64,000 bases of DNA from positions 118,668,001 to 118,732,000 of the forward strand of contig OZ024741.1 in the NCBI GenBank assembly GCA_964016885.1. The letters run 5' to 3'. Position numbers and translations under genes: made by a program. Of this stretch, positions 29,165 to 43,563 are shown piece after piece (the stretch's first letter is position 1; each line of letters begins with the position of its first letter). Source of the DNA: Eledone cirrhosa. Its lineage: Eukaryota. The notes under the pieces are model-generated. The model saw nothing but the letters and a program-made list of their open reading frames with translations, did not search any database and was not told the DNA's origin.

Positions 29165-32100
29165 CCACCACCACCATCCTGAGCACAGCTACCCCCGCCA
29201 CCACCACCATCCTCAGCACAACTACCCCCGCCACCACCACCACCATCCTGAGCACAACTAACCCCACCACCACCACCACCATACTGAGAACAACTACCCC
29301 CGCCACCACCACCACCATCCTGAGCACAACTACCCCCGCCACCACCACCACCATCCTGAGCACAACTACCCCGCCACCACCACCACCATCCTGAGCACAA
29401 CTACCCCGGCCACCACCACCATCATCCTGAGCACAACCATCCCCGCCACCACCACCACCATCCTGAGCACAACTACCCCCACCACAACCACCACCATCCT
29501 GAGCACAACTACCCCCGCCACGACCACCACCACCCTAGCACAACTACCCCCGCCACCACCACCACCATCCTGAGCACAACTACCCCCACCACCACCACCA
29601 TCCTGAGCACAACTACCCCGCCACCACCACCACCATCCTGAGCACAACTACCCCCGCCACCACCACCACCATCCTGAGCACAACTACCCCCGCCACCACC
29701 ACCACCATCCTGAGCACAACTACCCCCGCCACCACCACCACCATCCTGAGCACAACTACCCCGCCACCACCAACACCATCCTGAGCACAACTACCCCGCC
29801 ACCACCACCACCACCATCCTGAGAATAACTACCCCCGCCACCACCACCACCATCCTGAGCAAAACCATCTCCGCCACCACCACAACCATCCTGAGCACAA
29901 CTACCCCAGCCACCACCACCACCTTCCTGAGCACAACTACCCCGCCACCACCACCACCATCCTGAGAACAACTACGCCCGCCACCACCACCACCATCCTG
30001 AGCACAACTACCCCCGCCACCACCACCACCACCATCCTGAGCACAACTACCCCCGCCACCACCACCACCATCCTGAGAACAACTACGCCCGCAACCACCA
30101 CCACCATCCTGAGCACAACTACCCCCGCCACCACCACCACCATCCTGAGCACAACTACACCCGCCACCACCACCACCATCCTGAGCACAACTACCCCGCC
30201 ACCACCACCACCATCCTGAGCATTACTACCCCGTTACCACCACCACCATCCTGAGCTCAACTAACCCCGCCACCACCACCACCATCCTGAGCACAACTAC
30301 CCCCGCCACCACCACCACCACCACCATCCTGAGCACAACTACCCCCGCCACCACCACCACCATCCTGAGCTCAACTAACCCCGCCACCACCACCACCATC
30401 CTGAGCACAACTACCCCGCCACCACCACCACCATCCTGAGCACAACTACCCCGCCACCACCACCACCATCCTGAGCACAACTACCCCGTTACGACCACCA
30501 CCATCCTGAGCTCAACTAACCCCGCCACCACCACCACCATCCTGAGCACAACTACCCCCGCCACCACCACCACCATCCTGAGCACAACTACCCCCGCCAC
30601 CACCACCACCATCCTGAGCACAACTACCCCCGCCACCACCACCACCACCATCCTGAGCACAACCATCTCCGCCGCCACCACCACCATCCTGAGCACAACT
30701 ACCCCCGCCACCACCACCACCACCATCCTGAGCACAACTACCCCGCCACCACCACCACCACCATCCTGAGCTCAACTAACCCCGCCACCACCACCACCAT
30801 CCTGAGCACAACTACCCCGCCACCACCACCACCATCCTGAGCACAACTACCCCGTTACCACCACCACCATCCTGAGCACAACTACCCCCGCCACCACCAC
30901 CACCATCCTGAGCACAACTACGCCCGCCACCACCACCACCATCCTGAGCACAACTACCACCGCCACCACCACTACCATCCTGAGCACAACTACCCCCGCC
31001 ACCACCACTACCATCCTGAGCACAACTACCCCCGCCACCACCACCACCATCCTGAGCACAACTACGCCCGCCACCACCACCATCCTGAGCACAACTACCC
31101 CCGCCACCACCACCACCATCCTGAGCACAACTACCCCCGCCACCACCACCACCATCCTGAGCACAACCATCTCCGCCGCCACCACCACCATCCTGAGCAC
31201 AACTACCCCCGCCACCACCACCACCACCATCCTGAGCACAACTACCCCGCCACCACCACCACCACCATCCTGAGCACAACTGCCCTCGCCACCACCACCA
31301 CCACCACCATCCTGAGCACAACCATCTCCGCCGCCACCGCCACCATCCTGAGCACAACTACCCCCGCCACCACCAACACCATCCTGAGCACAACCATCCC
31401 CGCCACCACCACCACCATCCTGAGCACAACTACCCCCGCCACCACCACCACCATCCTGAGCACAACTACCCCCGCCACCACCACCACCATCCTGAGCACA
31501 ACTACCCCCGCCACCACCACCACCATCCTGAGCACAACTACCACCGCCACCACCACCACCACCACCATCCTGAGCACAACTACCCCGCCACCACCACCAC
31601 CACCATCCTGAGCACAACTGCCCTCGCCACCACCACCACCACCATCCTGAGTACAACTACCCCCGCCACCACCACCACCATCCTGAGCACAACTACCCCC
31701 GCCACCACCACCACCACCACCATCCTGAGCACAACTACCCCGCCACCACCACCACCACCATCCTGAGCACAACTGCCCTCGCCACCACCACCACCACCAT
31801 CCTGAGTACAACTACCCCCGCCACCACCACCACCATCCTGAGCACAACTACCCCCGCCACCACCACCACCAACCTGAGCACAACTACCCCCGCCACCACC
31901 ACCACCATCCTGAGCACAACTACACCCGCCGCCACCACCACCACCATCCTGAGCACAACCATCTACGCCACCACCACCACCATCCTGAGAACAACTACCC
32001 CCGCCACCACCACCACCACCATCCTGAGCACAACTACCCCGCCACCACCACCACCATCCTGAGCACAACTACCCCGCCACCACCACCACCACCACCATCC

Positions 32101-35060
32101 TGAGCACAACCATCTCCGCCACCACCACCACCATCCTGAGAACAACTACCCCCGCAACCACCGCCACCACCACCACCACCATCCTGAGCACAACTATCCC
32201 CGCCACCACCACCACCATCCTGAGCACAACTGCCCCCGCCACCACCACCACCACCATCCTGAGCACAACTACCCCCGCCACCACCACCACCATCATGAGC
32301 ACAACTATCCCCGCCACCACCACCACCACCATCCTGAGCACAACCATCCCCGCCACCACCACCACCATCCTGAGCACAACTACCCCCGCAACCACCACCA
32401 CCACCATCCTGAGCACAACTAACCCCGCCACCACCACCACCATCCTGAGCACAACTACACCCGCCACCACCACCATCATCCTGAGCACAACTACCCCCGC
32501 CACCACCACCACCATCCTGAGCACAACCATCTCCGCCACCACCACCACCATCCTGAGCACAACTATCCCCGCCACCACCACCACCATCCTGAGCACAACC
32601 ATCCCCGCCACCACCACCACCATCCTGAGCACAACTACCCCCGCCGCCACCACCACCATCCTGAGAACAACTACCCCCGCCACCACCACCATCCTGAGCA
32701 CAACTACCCCGCCACCACCACCACCATCCTGAGCACAACTACCCCGCCACCACCACCACCACCATCCTGAGCACAACCATCTCCGCCACCACCACCACCA
32801 TCCTGAGAACAACTACCCCCGCAACCACCACCACCACCATCCTGAGCACAACTATCCCCGCCACCACCACCACTATCCTGAGCACAACTGCCCCCGCCAC
32901 CACCACCACCATCCTGAGCACAACTACCCCCGCCACCACCACCACCATCCTGAGCACAACTATCCCCGCCACCACCACCACCACCATCCTGAGCACAACC
33001 ATCCCCGCCACCACCACCACCATCCTGAGCACAACTGCCCCCGCCACCACCACCACCACCACCCTGAGCACAACTGCCCCCGCCACCACCACCACCACCA
33101 CCCTGAGCACAACTGCCCCCGCCACCACCACCACCACCACCCTGAGCACAACTACCCCCGCCACCACCACCACCATCCTGAGCACAACTACGCCCGCCAC
33201 CACCACCACCATCCTGAGCACAACTACCCCCACCACCACCACCACCACCATCCTGAGCACAACTAACCCCGCCACCACCACCACCACCATCCTGAGCACA
33301 ACTATCCCCGCCACCACCACCACCATCCTGAGCACAACTGCCCCCGCCACCACCACCACCACCATCCTGAGTACAACTACCCCCGCCACCACCACCACCA
33401 CCATCCTGAGCACAACTACCCCCGCCACCACCACCACCATCCTGAGCACAACTACGCCCGCCACCACCACCACCATCCTGAGCACAACTACCCCCACCAC
33501 CACCACCACCACCATCCTGAGCACAACTACCCCCGCCACCACCACCACCACCATCCTGAGCACAACTATCCCCGCCACCACCACCACCATCCTGAGCACA
33601 ACTGCCCCCGCCACCACCACCACCACCATCCTGAGCACAACTACCCCGCCACCACCACCACCACCATCCTGAGCACAACTAACCCGCCACCACCACCACC
33701 ATCCTGAGCACAACTGCCCCCGCCACCACCACCACCACTATCCTGAGTACAACTACCCCCGCCACCACCACCACCCTGAGAACAACAACCCCCGCCACCA
33801 CCACCACCATCCTGAGCACAACTAACCCCGCCACCACCACCACCATACTGAGCACAACTACCTCCGCCACCACCATCCTGAACACAACTACCCCCGCCAC
33901 CACCACCACCACTATTCTGAGCACAACCATCCCCGCCACCCCACCACCATCCTGAGCACAACTACCCCCGCCACGACCCCACGATCCTGAGCACAACTAT
34001 CCCCGCCACGACCCCACCATCCTGAGCACAACTACCCCCGCCACGATCCCACCATCCTGAGCACAACTACCCCTGCCACGACCCCACCATCCTGAGCACA
34101 ACTACCCCGGCCAACACCACCACCATCCTGAGCACAACTAACCCCGCCACGACCCCACCATCCTGAGCACAACTACCCCCGCCACGACCACCACCATCCT
34201 GAGCACAACTACCCCCGCCACGACCACCACCATCCTGAGCACAACTACCCCCGCCACCACCATCCTGAGCACAACTACCCCCGCCACCACCACCACCATC
34301 CTGAGCACAACTACCCCCGCCACCACCACCACCATCCTGAGCACAACTACCCCGGCCACCATCGCCACCATCCTGAGCACAACTACCCCCGCCACGACTC
34401 CACCATCCTGAGCACAACTACCCCCGCCACGACCCCACCATCCTGAGCACAACTACCCCCGCCACGACCCCACCATTCTGAGCACAACTACCCCCGCCAC
34501 CACCACCACCATACTGAGCACAACTACCCCCGCCACCACCACCACCATCCTGAGCACAACTACCCCCGCCACGACCCCACCATCCTGAGCACAACTACCC
34601 CGCCACCACCACCACCATCCTGAGCACAACTACCCCCGCCACCACCACCACCACCATCCTGAGCACAACTACCCCCGCCACCACCACCACCATCCTGAGC
34701 ACAACCATCCCCGCCACCACCACCACCATCCTGAGCACAACTATCCCCGCCACCACCACCACCACCATCCTGAGCACAACTACCCCCGCCACGACCCCAC
34801 CATCCTGAGCACAACTACCCCGCCACCACCACCACCATCCTGAGCACAACTACCCCCGCCACCACCACCACCACCATCCTGAGCACAACTACCCCCGCCA
34901 CCACCACCACCATCCTGAGCACAACCATCCCCGCCACCACCACCACCATCCTGAGCACAACTACCCCCGCCACCACCACCACCATCCTGAGCACAACCAT
35001 CCCCGCCACCAACACCACCATCCTGAGCACAACTATCCCCGCCACCACCACCACCACCAC
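29165..35060. repeat. ~5.9-kb minisatellite, ~36-bp unit (about 160 copies)
   Basis: gccaccaccaccaccatcctgagcacaactaccccc with variable ACC number and C5/C4 run; reads ATTTTILSTTTP (+) or GGGGGGGSCAQD (-). Confidence 0.95.
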
Positions 35061-35347
35061 CTTCACACGCACAACCATCACACTTTCAATTTGATTTGCT
35101 TTTTGTAGTCTTCTGTGAATATTTTATCTTGAATCAATTAATGTCTTAGATAAAACTTCATCGAATTCTTGGATCGAACTCTCAGTTGATCGACTGAAAT
35201 GTTCGCCAGAAATAGCTTCATTTCTTCCTTTGTTTTTTTTTTTTCCGTCTGTTCAAAACGAGAAGGGAGACGTCTATGTTGGTAAAGCTGGCTTCATGCG
35301 TTGTTTCATCTCATAGGGGTTTTTTTATTGATAGGGGCCTCAGTGTC

Positions 35348-35878
35348 GTTGATACAGCTCACATCTATTCAGCTGTATCTCATAGGAGCTTCTTGAATGT
35401 CTTAATGACAGGAGCGACAGTCATATCTTGTAATAGTTGATACAGCTCACATCTATTCAGCTGTATCTCATAGGAGCTTCTTGAATGTCTTAATGACAGG
35501 AGCGACAGTCATATCTTGTAATAGTTGATACAGCTCACATCTATTCAGCTGTATCTCATAGGAGCTTCTTGAATGTCTTAATGACAGGAGCGACAGTCAT
35601 ATCTTGTAATAGTTGATACAGCTCACATCTATTCAGCTGTATCTCATAGGAGCTTCTTGAATGTCTTAATGACAGGAGCGACAGTCATATCTTGTAATAG
35701 TTGATACAGCTCACATCTATTCAGCTGTATCTCATAGGAGCTTCTTGAATGTCTTAATGACAGGAGCGACAGTCATATCTTGTAATAGTTGATACAGCTC
35801 ACATCTATTCAGCTGTATCTCATAGGAGCTTCTTGAATGTCTTAATGACAGGAGCGACAGTCATATCTTGTAATAGTT
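35348..35878. repeat. Six identical 88-bp tandem units within an older diverged ~100-bp repeat array (35270-36235)
   Basis: Units start at 35348, 35436, 35524, 35612, 35700 and 35788. Confidence 0.95.
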
Positions 35879-36093
35879 GTTACAGCTTACACCTATGCAA
35901 GATTATCTGACCTTCTACAATGTTTCATCTCATAAGGTTTCTTGTGTGTTTTATTGATTGAGGCTCCAATTTTGTTGATATAGCTCACATTTATGATGGT
36001 TTAGCTGGCTTCCTGCGAGGTTATATATCATAGGAAGTTTCTGGGGTGTTCTGATGTTAGACGTCCCAACTGTATCACGCACACGCACACACG

Positions 36094-36125
<32 letters not shown>

Positions 36126-36234
36126 TGCAGAATGTACGTTGTTGTACAGCTTACACCTATGCAAGTTTAGCTGGCCTCCTACGAGGTTGTCTTACAGGTG
36201 GTTTTTTTTGTTGTTTTAATGACAGGGGTTCCAC

Positions 36235-37190
36235 CACAACTGCCACGATTTCGACGACGACGACCACCACCACCAATACTACTACCACTACTACCTCCAC
36301 CACTGCTAATACTACCTCCACGCCACCACCACCACCACCACCACCACCACCACCACTACTACTACCACTACTACCTCCACCACTGCTAATACTACCTCCA
36401 CCACCACCACCACTACCACCGCCGCCACCATCACCACCACCACCACCACCACTACCTCCTCCACCACCACTACTACCTCCACCTCCACCCCCACCCCACC
36501 ACCACCAACCACCAGCACCAGCACACCACCACCAGCACCACCACCAGCACCACCACACCACCACTACCATCAACAAGAGCAGCGCCAGCACCACCAACCA
36601 CCACCACCAGCACACCACCACCATCAACAAGAGCAGCACCACCAACCACCACCACCACCACCACCACCACCACCACCACCACCACCACCACCACCACCAC
36701 CACCACCATCAACAAGAGCAGCAGCACCACCACCAACCACCAGCACCACCACACCACCATCACCATCAACAAGAGCAACACCACCAACCACCACCACCAC
36801 CACCACCAACCACCACCACCACCAACACCAGCACCAGCACCACCACACCACCACCACCAGCACCACCAACCACAATCACCATCACAATCAGCTACCAACA
36901 TCACTACCCCCACCTTCTCCACCACTAGCTACCACCTAAAGCACGCCACGTCACCTACCACCCACGCCACCTAACATCCCCACCCTCACGTCACCTAACA
37001 CCGCCACCCCACCACTACCACCCCAAGTCACCTAACATCATCACCCCCATATCACCTACCAGCCTACCCACCCCACGTCACATAAAACCCCCACCCTATA
37101 TCACCTACCACCCCACCCCCACGTCACCTACAACCACCAACACCGCCACTACCACCACTACCACCACTACCACCACCACCACCACCGCCT
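36235..37190. repeat. (CCA)n-rich low-complexity tract
   Basis: Direct inspection. Confidence 0.9.
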
Positions 37191-38167
37191 CCATGCAATG
37201 ATTGGAAACAGTATCTGACTTTCAAAGTACCGAGTGACTGAGATAAATGGATCGTTTTAATTAGTTAGCACCCTTGTAATTAAACATTAGAGCTGAACTA
37301 ATTGCATGTCGCTGACTGCTTTACTATTGAGCATGCGCTTGAAGGCCGGAAAATAATAACTGAGAGAGGACACGTGCCATTAGTGGTCAGGGGGAATTAA
37401 GTTTCCAAGGGTTTTCATGATTGGTCCAAGAAAGTTGTCTTTGGAGATCTTTCCTTTATGGTTATTTTTGTTTGTTTTTTGTTATTTCTATTTTTTCTTT
37501 GCTATTCGATCACATCTAACCCCCACCAGGTCCGTCACCGGGCTTTAGTACTCGGAGGGGTGGGGTGGGGTTTCAGAACATTCCAGGTGGTCACTCTTTC
37601 GCAAGAAAAATACTTCAGAACGTTTGGTGTAATTCTGAATCAGATGGTGTACCATTGAAAAATAACGGGGGTTGAGGTGGGGGGCATTGCCACATAGTGC
37701 TCTCCCTTGACGACGGTTTGACCATCCACCCGCCCACTGTGTTTTGTTTATTGCGTCGTGCAATTCATTTTGTGCCCTTGTGGAAAATAAAGAAATGATT
37801 GAAGGTCGGATATAATGCATCGCGGCCTTTATTCCAAAATCTTTGTTTCCAGTTCAAATCCCGCCGCGGTCCACTTTGCCTTTTATCCTTCCGTGATCGA
37901 TATAATAAAGTACTAGTCAAGTACTGGGTCGATATAATTGACACCCCTGTACCCTCACATTGATTGCACCGTGCCAAAAACAACAAAAAAACAACAAAAA
38001 AACAACAAAAAAAAACAACAAAAAAAACAAAAAAAACAAACTGTGAATATTATTTGAAAATATAGTCACCACAATGGAGATAACTATAAACAATGGTTGA
38101 ATAAATTGGGTAAAGTATCTCTGGAGATGGAAGAATTGGACAAAGAGGCCTCCTGCGAGGGATCTAT

Positions 38168-39063
38168 CTACCGAATCCCAAATGTCTCAACGTTTTGTAA
38201 CCAAATCTTGTTAATATTTCTAGCATCACGCTTAAATCTTCCAAAAGGACGGTCATTAACAGCAAGGGACTCTTTGGCGTAATGGTTAAACGCATTCTCC
38301 TAGGATAAAATAGATGCGTGTTTCGTTTCCACACAGGCACTTTTTCCGATTCAATCTATCTGTCTATCTATTTGTCCGTCTGACTATCTATCTGTCCGTC
38401 CGTCGGTCACTCGACACTTGCACTTTTCTTTCTCTTTTAAATATATGTGTGTATTTTCGCATAAACAGATCTATATGTCTTTGTAAGTCAGTGTATACAC
38501 ATAAAATTCTTACATACATAACACATAAAACACACACACACACATACATGCATACATACACACATAAAAGTGCAGACACGTGATCACGTGAGAAAGAGAT
38601 AGCAGAAGTGACACGCGCTCTCCATTGAAAACTCTACACTCCGATAAGTGTCACTTCATAAGCACACTTATATGAACAATTTTCTATTTGCCCCAAAAAG
38701 GTCATTGAAGCGCTAAACAATGTGACTACAATGTGACTACAACAACAACAACAACAACAATACCACCACCACCACCAATAACACGTACACAACAACACTA
38801 ACATCATCATCTCCAACAACACTTCCACCACCACCAACATTAACAACAACACCACCTCTACCATCACCAACAACAAAACCACCACTACCATCACCACCAC
38901 CACCACTAAAAACAACAACAATAAAAATTTTGTTTCTTGAATAACAATGATTTATGGATATCGTGCTTCATTCTTGTCGCGCTTAAGTTCATGAAAAACA
39001 ATACCCACTTCCCTGGACAGGCCGCTAGGAATCAGATTTGGCACAGAGTCCCCCAACGACTTC
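38168..39063 (-). CDS. Possible two terminal exons of an unknown gene (39063-39009 and 38299-38168)
   Basis: ttattcacag|55 nt|gtgggt then ttttatcctag|129 nt+TAG; phases join as KSLGDSVPNLIPSGLSRE-ENAFNHYAKESLAVNDRPFGRFKRDARNINKIWLQNVETFGIR*; no homology recognised. Confidence 0.2.
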
Positions 39064-39599
39064 CTGTGAATAATTATGCAACCCTTCCCTTTTTCTTTAA
39101 TACCTAAAAACAATAACAAATAATACGACCAGACTGTCGCACAATAACACGCCCAGGCTGTAACACTACTACGCCCTTAGTTAACGATGTGTATGATAGG
39201 AAGAGAGAGAAGCAAGGCACAACACTTCGTTTTGACCAGTCATGGAAATACGCTTTAGAAACTGCGACACTTATGTTTTTCAGTTCTGGTAGTTATTCTA
39301 TCGATTACTTGTTTGTCGAAGCGATATTTTACGGGACAAAACCCAGACCTGCCAACCTCTAAAAACCCAAATGGAGAGTACCATGAAAAAAAAGTGCCCC
39401 AAAACGGGGAGAAATGAGGCAAAATTGGGGGATTTTATATAATGAATGCCATACCCATTTTCACAAAAGAAGACGTCTCTCACACCCCCCAAAGTGGGTG
39501 GGTGATCTCCCTGTCCGACTTGAAGAGTTGACAGATCTGATAAACGCAGATACAAGCGTAAACACACACACACACACACACAGACCCCCCACACACACT

Positions 39600-39762
39600 A
39601 ATATACGACGGGCTTCTGCAATTTCTGCCTATCAAATTCCACCCACAAGGCATTACCGAAGCTGTAGTAGAAGACACCTGTCCAAGGAGCCGCGCTGTTG
39701 GACTGAACCCAAAACCACATGGTTGCGATGCAAACTTCTTAACCACACAGCCATACCTGCAC
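39600..39762 (-). mobile_element. tRNA-derived SINE, further family (related copy at ~61255-61400 +)
   Basis: Ends gacgggcttc; reverse tRNA-like head aaccacacagccatacctgcac. Confidence 0.7.
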
Positions 39763-40489
39763 TGTATGTATATTATTTAAGCAGCTCGGCAATTGAATTG
39801 CTTTCAAATGATCTTTTATTGGCTGTCATTATAACAGTTAATTTCGAGAAGAGGTTACATTTTTACCCTTTCCACTCAGATGGTCTCATTTTATTGACTC
39901 TGTCATGTCTGTCCATGGAAGACGGGAGAGGTAGGGGAGGAGGAAGAGAATAATAATGTGAATGATTGGAGCAAGCATTTGTAAGACAATGGAATGTAGA
40001 TATGTGAAAGACAAGTAGTATAAGTAGTAGGGCTGATGATGATATTAGCTGTGGTTATAGTGGTCACAGATTGAATGACAAGATTTCCTAGGAGCAGTGA
40101 AAATGCCCTGGCCTAAATTGATCTGACTTTTGTAGCTGACCTACCCCAACATTTTTATTAAGGATGTTTTCTTTGGCGGTGGTGACTGATAGATAATGGT
40201 ATCAGATGTGGTAATAGTATTGTTGAAAAAGTGAAAACGAAGAAGACAAAATAATATTCAAGGAATTATTAAATGTAATATTCATTGAAGCATAATACCC
40301 GTCAATTTTGACGGGTATTATGCTATAATAGTTACAATATAATTTTACATAACATCTCTTACCAAAGATGAAAAACAACAACAAAAATTGAAATGTTTAA
40401 ACACATTACAGTATAATGGCGTATATGGATCTATCTACAATGGAATAGAATGGAACTCTGTCGGTGTCGACGATGTCTTCCTGATGATT

Positions 40490-40760
40490 CAATCAATGGA
40501 ATAACCTGCACGTAAACGTGGCTGATCTTTCCGCATTTACCTGTACCCTTAACGTAGTTCTCAGATAGATTCAGCGTGAGGCAGTGTATGACAAGGTTGG
40601 TCACTCGAATTACAGATACATCTGATTTTTCCAACTGAGTGGACGGGGTTAAGGTGAAATAAATTGTTTTGTTTAAGGACAAAATGCGCCACCAGGAATC
40701 AAACTTAGGACCTAACGCTTCTTAAACGAACATTGCAAACACTAAGCCGCGCGCCTTCAG
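40490..40760 (-). mobile_element. tRNA-derived SINE
   Basis: Reverse head cactaagccgcgcgccttc, B box ggaatcaaac, body gtacccttaacgtagttctc. Confidence 0.75.
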
Positions 40761-40787
40761 TATATACATATATATATACATATGTAT

Positions 40788-41513
40788 ATTTATTACTTTA
40801 AATTGAGTCTGGCAAACCATATTGTTATAGTTAGTATTTTTTTCACCCTAGTGAACTTGGTCCTTTACAATTCGAACACATGTATGTTTATAGTTGTGTT
40901 TATCTCTCTTGTATATTCAATTATATTACACGGCCCAGAAAAACTTCTTTCTTGGAGCTATTTAATTGTAAGAGACTATTTTTTGAGTTTCTAACTCAAT
41001 ATCTGATATTGTCGGCTCCGTCTCGTTGAGCTAATTTAAATGTCGTGTAAACCCGGCTGCTATTCTTAGCAGCGTATGTTTATGAGACACGCTAGGTTCT
41101 GAAGTCATATGCGTTATTTCATATTCGCACATTATTTAGTCTTCTGATATACTTAGAAGTGGAAGGATTACTAATTTTTACACCCACCGAAGAGCAGAAA
41201 ATTGGTGATTCCTTCGCTTAATAATTTGCGAAACGGCTACCAAAGCTGTCTGGGTGTTTCAGGCAGTTGCCCAATATAGGTTTGTTCTTATTTTTCTTGA
41301 TTTATTACTTTAAGTTGAATCTGGCAAACCATATTGTTATAGTTAGTATTTGTTTCACCCTAGTGAACTTGGTCCTTTACGATTCGAACACATGTATGTT
41401 TATATTTGTATTTATCTCTCTTGTATATTCAATTATATTACACAGCTCAGAAAAATTTCTTTTTTGGAACTATTTAATTGTAAGAGACTATTTTTTGAGT
41501 TTCTAACTCAGTA

Positions 41514-41521
<8 letters not shown>
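40788..41521 (+). mobile_element. Retrozyme-like element, 512-bp unit (1.4 copies)
   Basis: Direct repeats 40788-41009 and 41300-41521; flanked by TA; internal hammerhead. Confidence 0.8.
41180..41257 (+). ncRNA. Type I hammerhead ribozyme, CCGAAGA core variant
   Basis: Stem I ACACCCA/UGGGUGU, core CCGAAGA, stem II GCAGA/UUUGC, GAAA, stem III ACGGCU/AGCUGU, GUC cleavage triplet ending at 41250. Confidence 0.8.
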
Positions 41522-41863
<342 letters not shown>

Positions 41864-41914
41864 GAATAAGATAAAGCGAAGTAGTTTCAGATGTTCAAGT
41901 CCTTTAATAATAAT

Positions 41915-41988
41915 GCTGTGATATATATTTCAGTGACGACACTGGCCACACTGTTCTGTGTGCGAGTGTCGTGTCATCATCAGACAGC
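41915..41988 (-). ncRNA. Type I hammerhead ribozyme
   Basis: GCUGU-CUGAUGA-long stem II (ACGACACU/AGUGUCGU)-GAAA-UAUAUA-UC-ACAGC. Confidence 0.75.
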
Positions 41989-43217
41989 TTGTTACATAAT
42001 AAGGTTATGTTTCCGAGGCAATCCAAATTGGATCGACATGGGAACGGATGAATTGCGTGTTCTTGGGTTTTTCATCCGCTCCCTTGTGAGTACCAATTCA
42101 CCCCCACCGGCCTGCGCAAGCGCATGTCCGAAGGAAGTTGACCATTCTCCACCGCAGACTTCAACGAAATTTGCTTAGTCAGTTCACCCTGTCATCCAAA
42201 ACAATGGCCCACCAATGCCTGTACCATATTTTACTGCTACCCATCACGGCTGTGGCAGTCAGCCGAGAGCCAGAGGGGATGGGAGAGTGTTAGTTTTTAC
42301 AGGTCATAATACTACCCCTCACTAAGCGTTGACGGTACGATTGACCATCACCTTATTAGGGAAAATAAACTCATTCTAGGTATCATGGTTTTACGTTGGA
42401 AGTTAAGAGTGAGAGTTGGAAATAAAAATTAAAATCCTAAATCAAATATCAGAAATTATAAATTAAACAATTAAGAAATTACCAATTAGAAATTAAAGTA
42501 TTAAAAAAAGAATTAAAAAAATTCTTTTCAGGTGATAATTCGGATTGAGGTGAGTAAAAATATAGACTGAAGTGAGTAAATAATATGGAGAGAGATGTTT
42601 AAGTAATATGTTCTGAGAGGGATTCTAGTGTCACAGTTACTCCATCCACATATTGAACGACAGTGTCGTACATTATAACTACAGGGCTCCAGGCATTAGT
42701 GAATCTGGTACACAGTCCTAATTTCCATCACATGGAACAAAATCAAAGAAAAACAGACATAAAGTACACAAAAGAAAAGAACAGAACCAACAGTGAATAA
42801 ATGCAAAAACACAGAGTACATATATGATCCATATGATTGTCCATCTGTCCATGTATAGATTGAATTGAGGGGGCTTCTGTTCAAGTGCGATTTGGTGCAG
42901 GAAAATAGGGGTTTATCCTATTATTTGTTTCCGCATATTTATCCTACCGAAAGTTACTATTATGTCCGTCCAGTGTAAGGGGTTTCCATCCCCATGGTAG
43001 AGGGAATTTCCGGGGTAGCTTATGGTTGGTTCCTCTCTTCTCCACCATATCGGTTACATCGTAAAGCGCTCAACTATTGGAGCTAAATTATTAGGGTAAA
43101 CATAGTTGCAATTCAATTCAAGCACTCAACGTACTTTTTCCACATAGGAGTGACGGAGTAAATATCGAATAAGGAAAAGCGAAGTAGTTTCAGATGTTCA
43201 AGTCCTTTAATAATAAT

Positions 43218-43291
43218 GCTGTGATATATATTTCAGTGACGACACTGGCCACACTGTTCTGTGTGCGAGTGTCGTGTCATCATCAGACAGC
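43218..43291 (-). ncRNA. Type I hammerhead ribozyme (identical copy)
   Basis: Same sequence as 41915-41988. Confidence 0.75.
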
Positions 43292-43363
43292 TTGTTACAT
43301 AATAAGGTTATGTTTCCGAGGCAATCCAAATTGGATCGAAAACATAACCTTATTATGTAACAA

Positions 43364-43437
43364 GCTGTCTGATGATGACACGACACTCGCACACAGAACA
43401 GTGTGGCCAGTGTCGTCACTGAAATATATATCACAGC
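43364..43437 (+). ncRNA. Type I hammerhead ribozyme (inverted copy)
   Basis: gctgt ctgatga ... gaaa tatata tc acagc. Confidence 0.75.
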
Positions 43438-43563
43438 ATTATTATTAAAGGACTTGAACATCTGAAACTACTTCGCTTTTGCTTATTCGATATTTGCTCC
43501 GTCACTCCTATGTGGAAAAAGTACGTTGAGTGCTTGAATTGAATTGCATCAATATTTACCCTA

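Noticed and set aside
35348-35878. CRISPR-like array
   Set aside because: Units are entirely identical with no spacers, no cas genes, eukaryotic context
43194-43461. Duplicated 84-95 aa [15 protein letters not shown] (also 41891)
   Set aside because: Antisense reading of the hammerhead-containing repeat; duplication is explained by the palindrome
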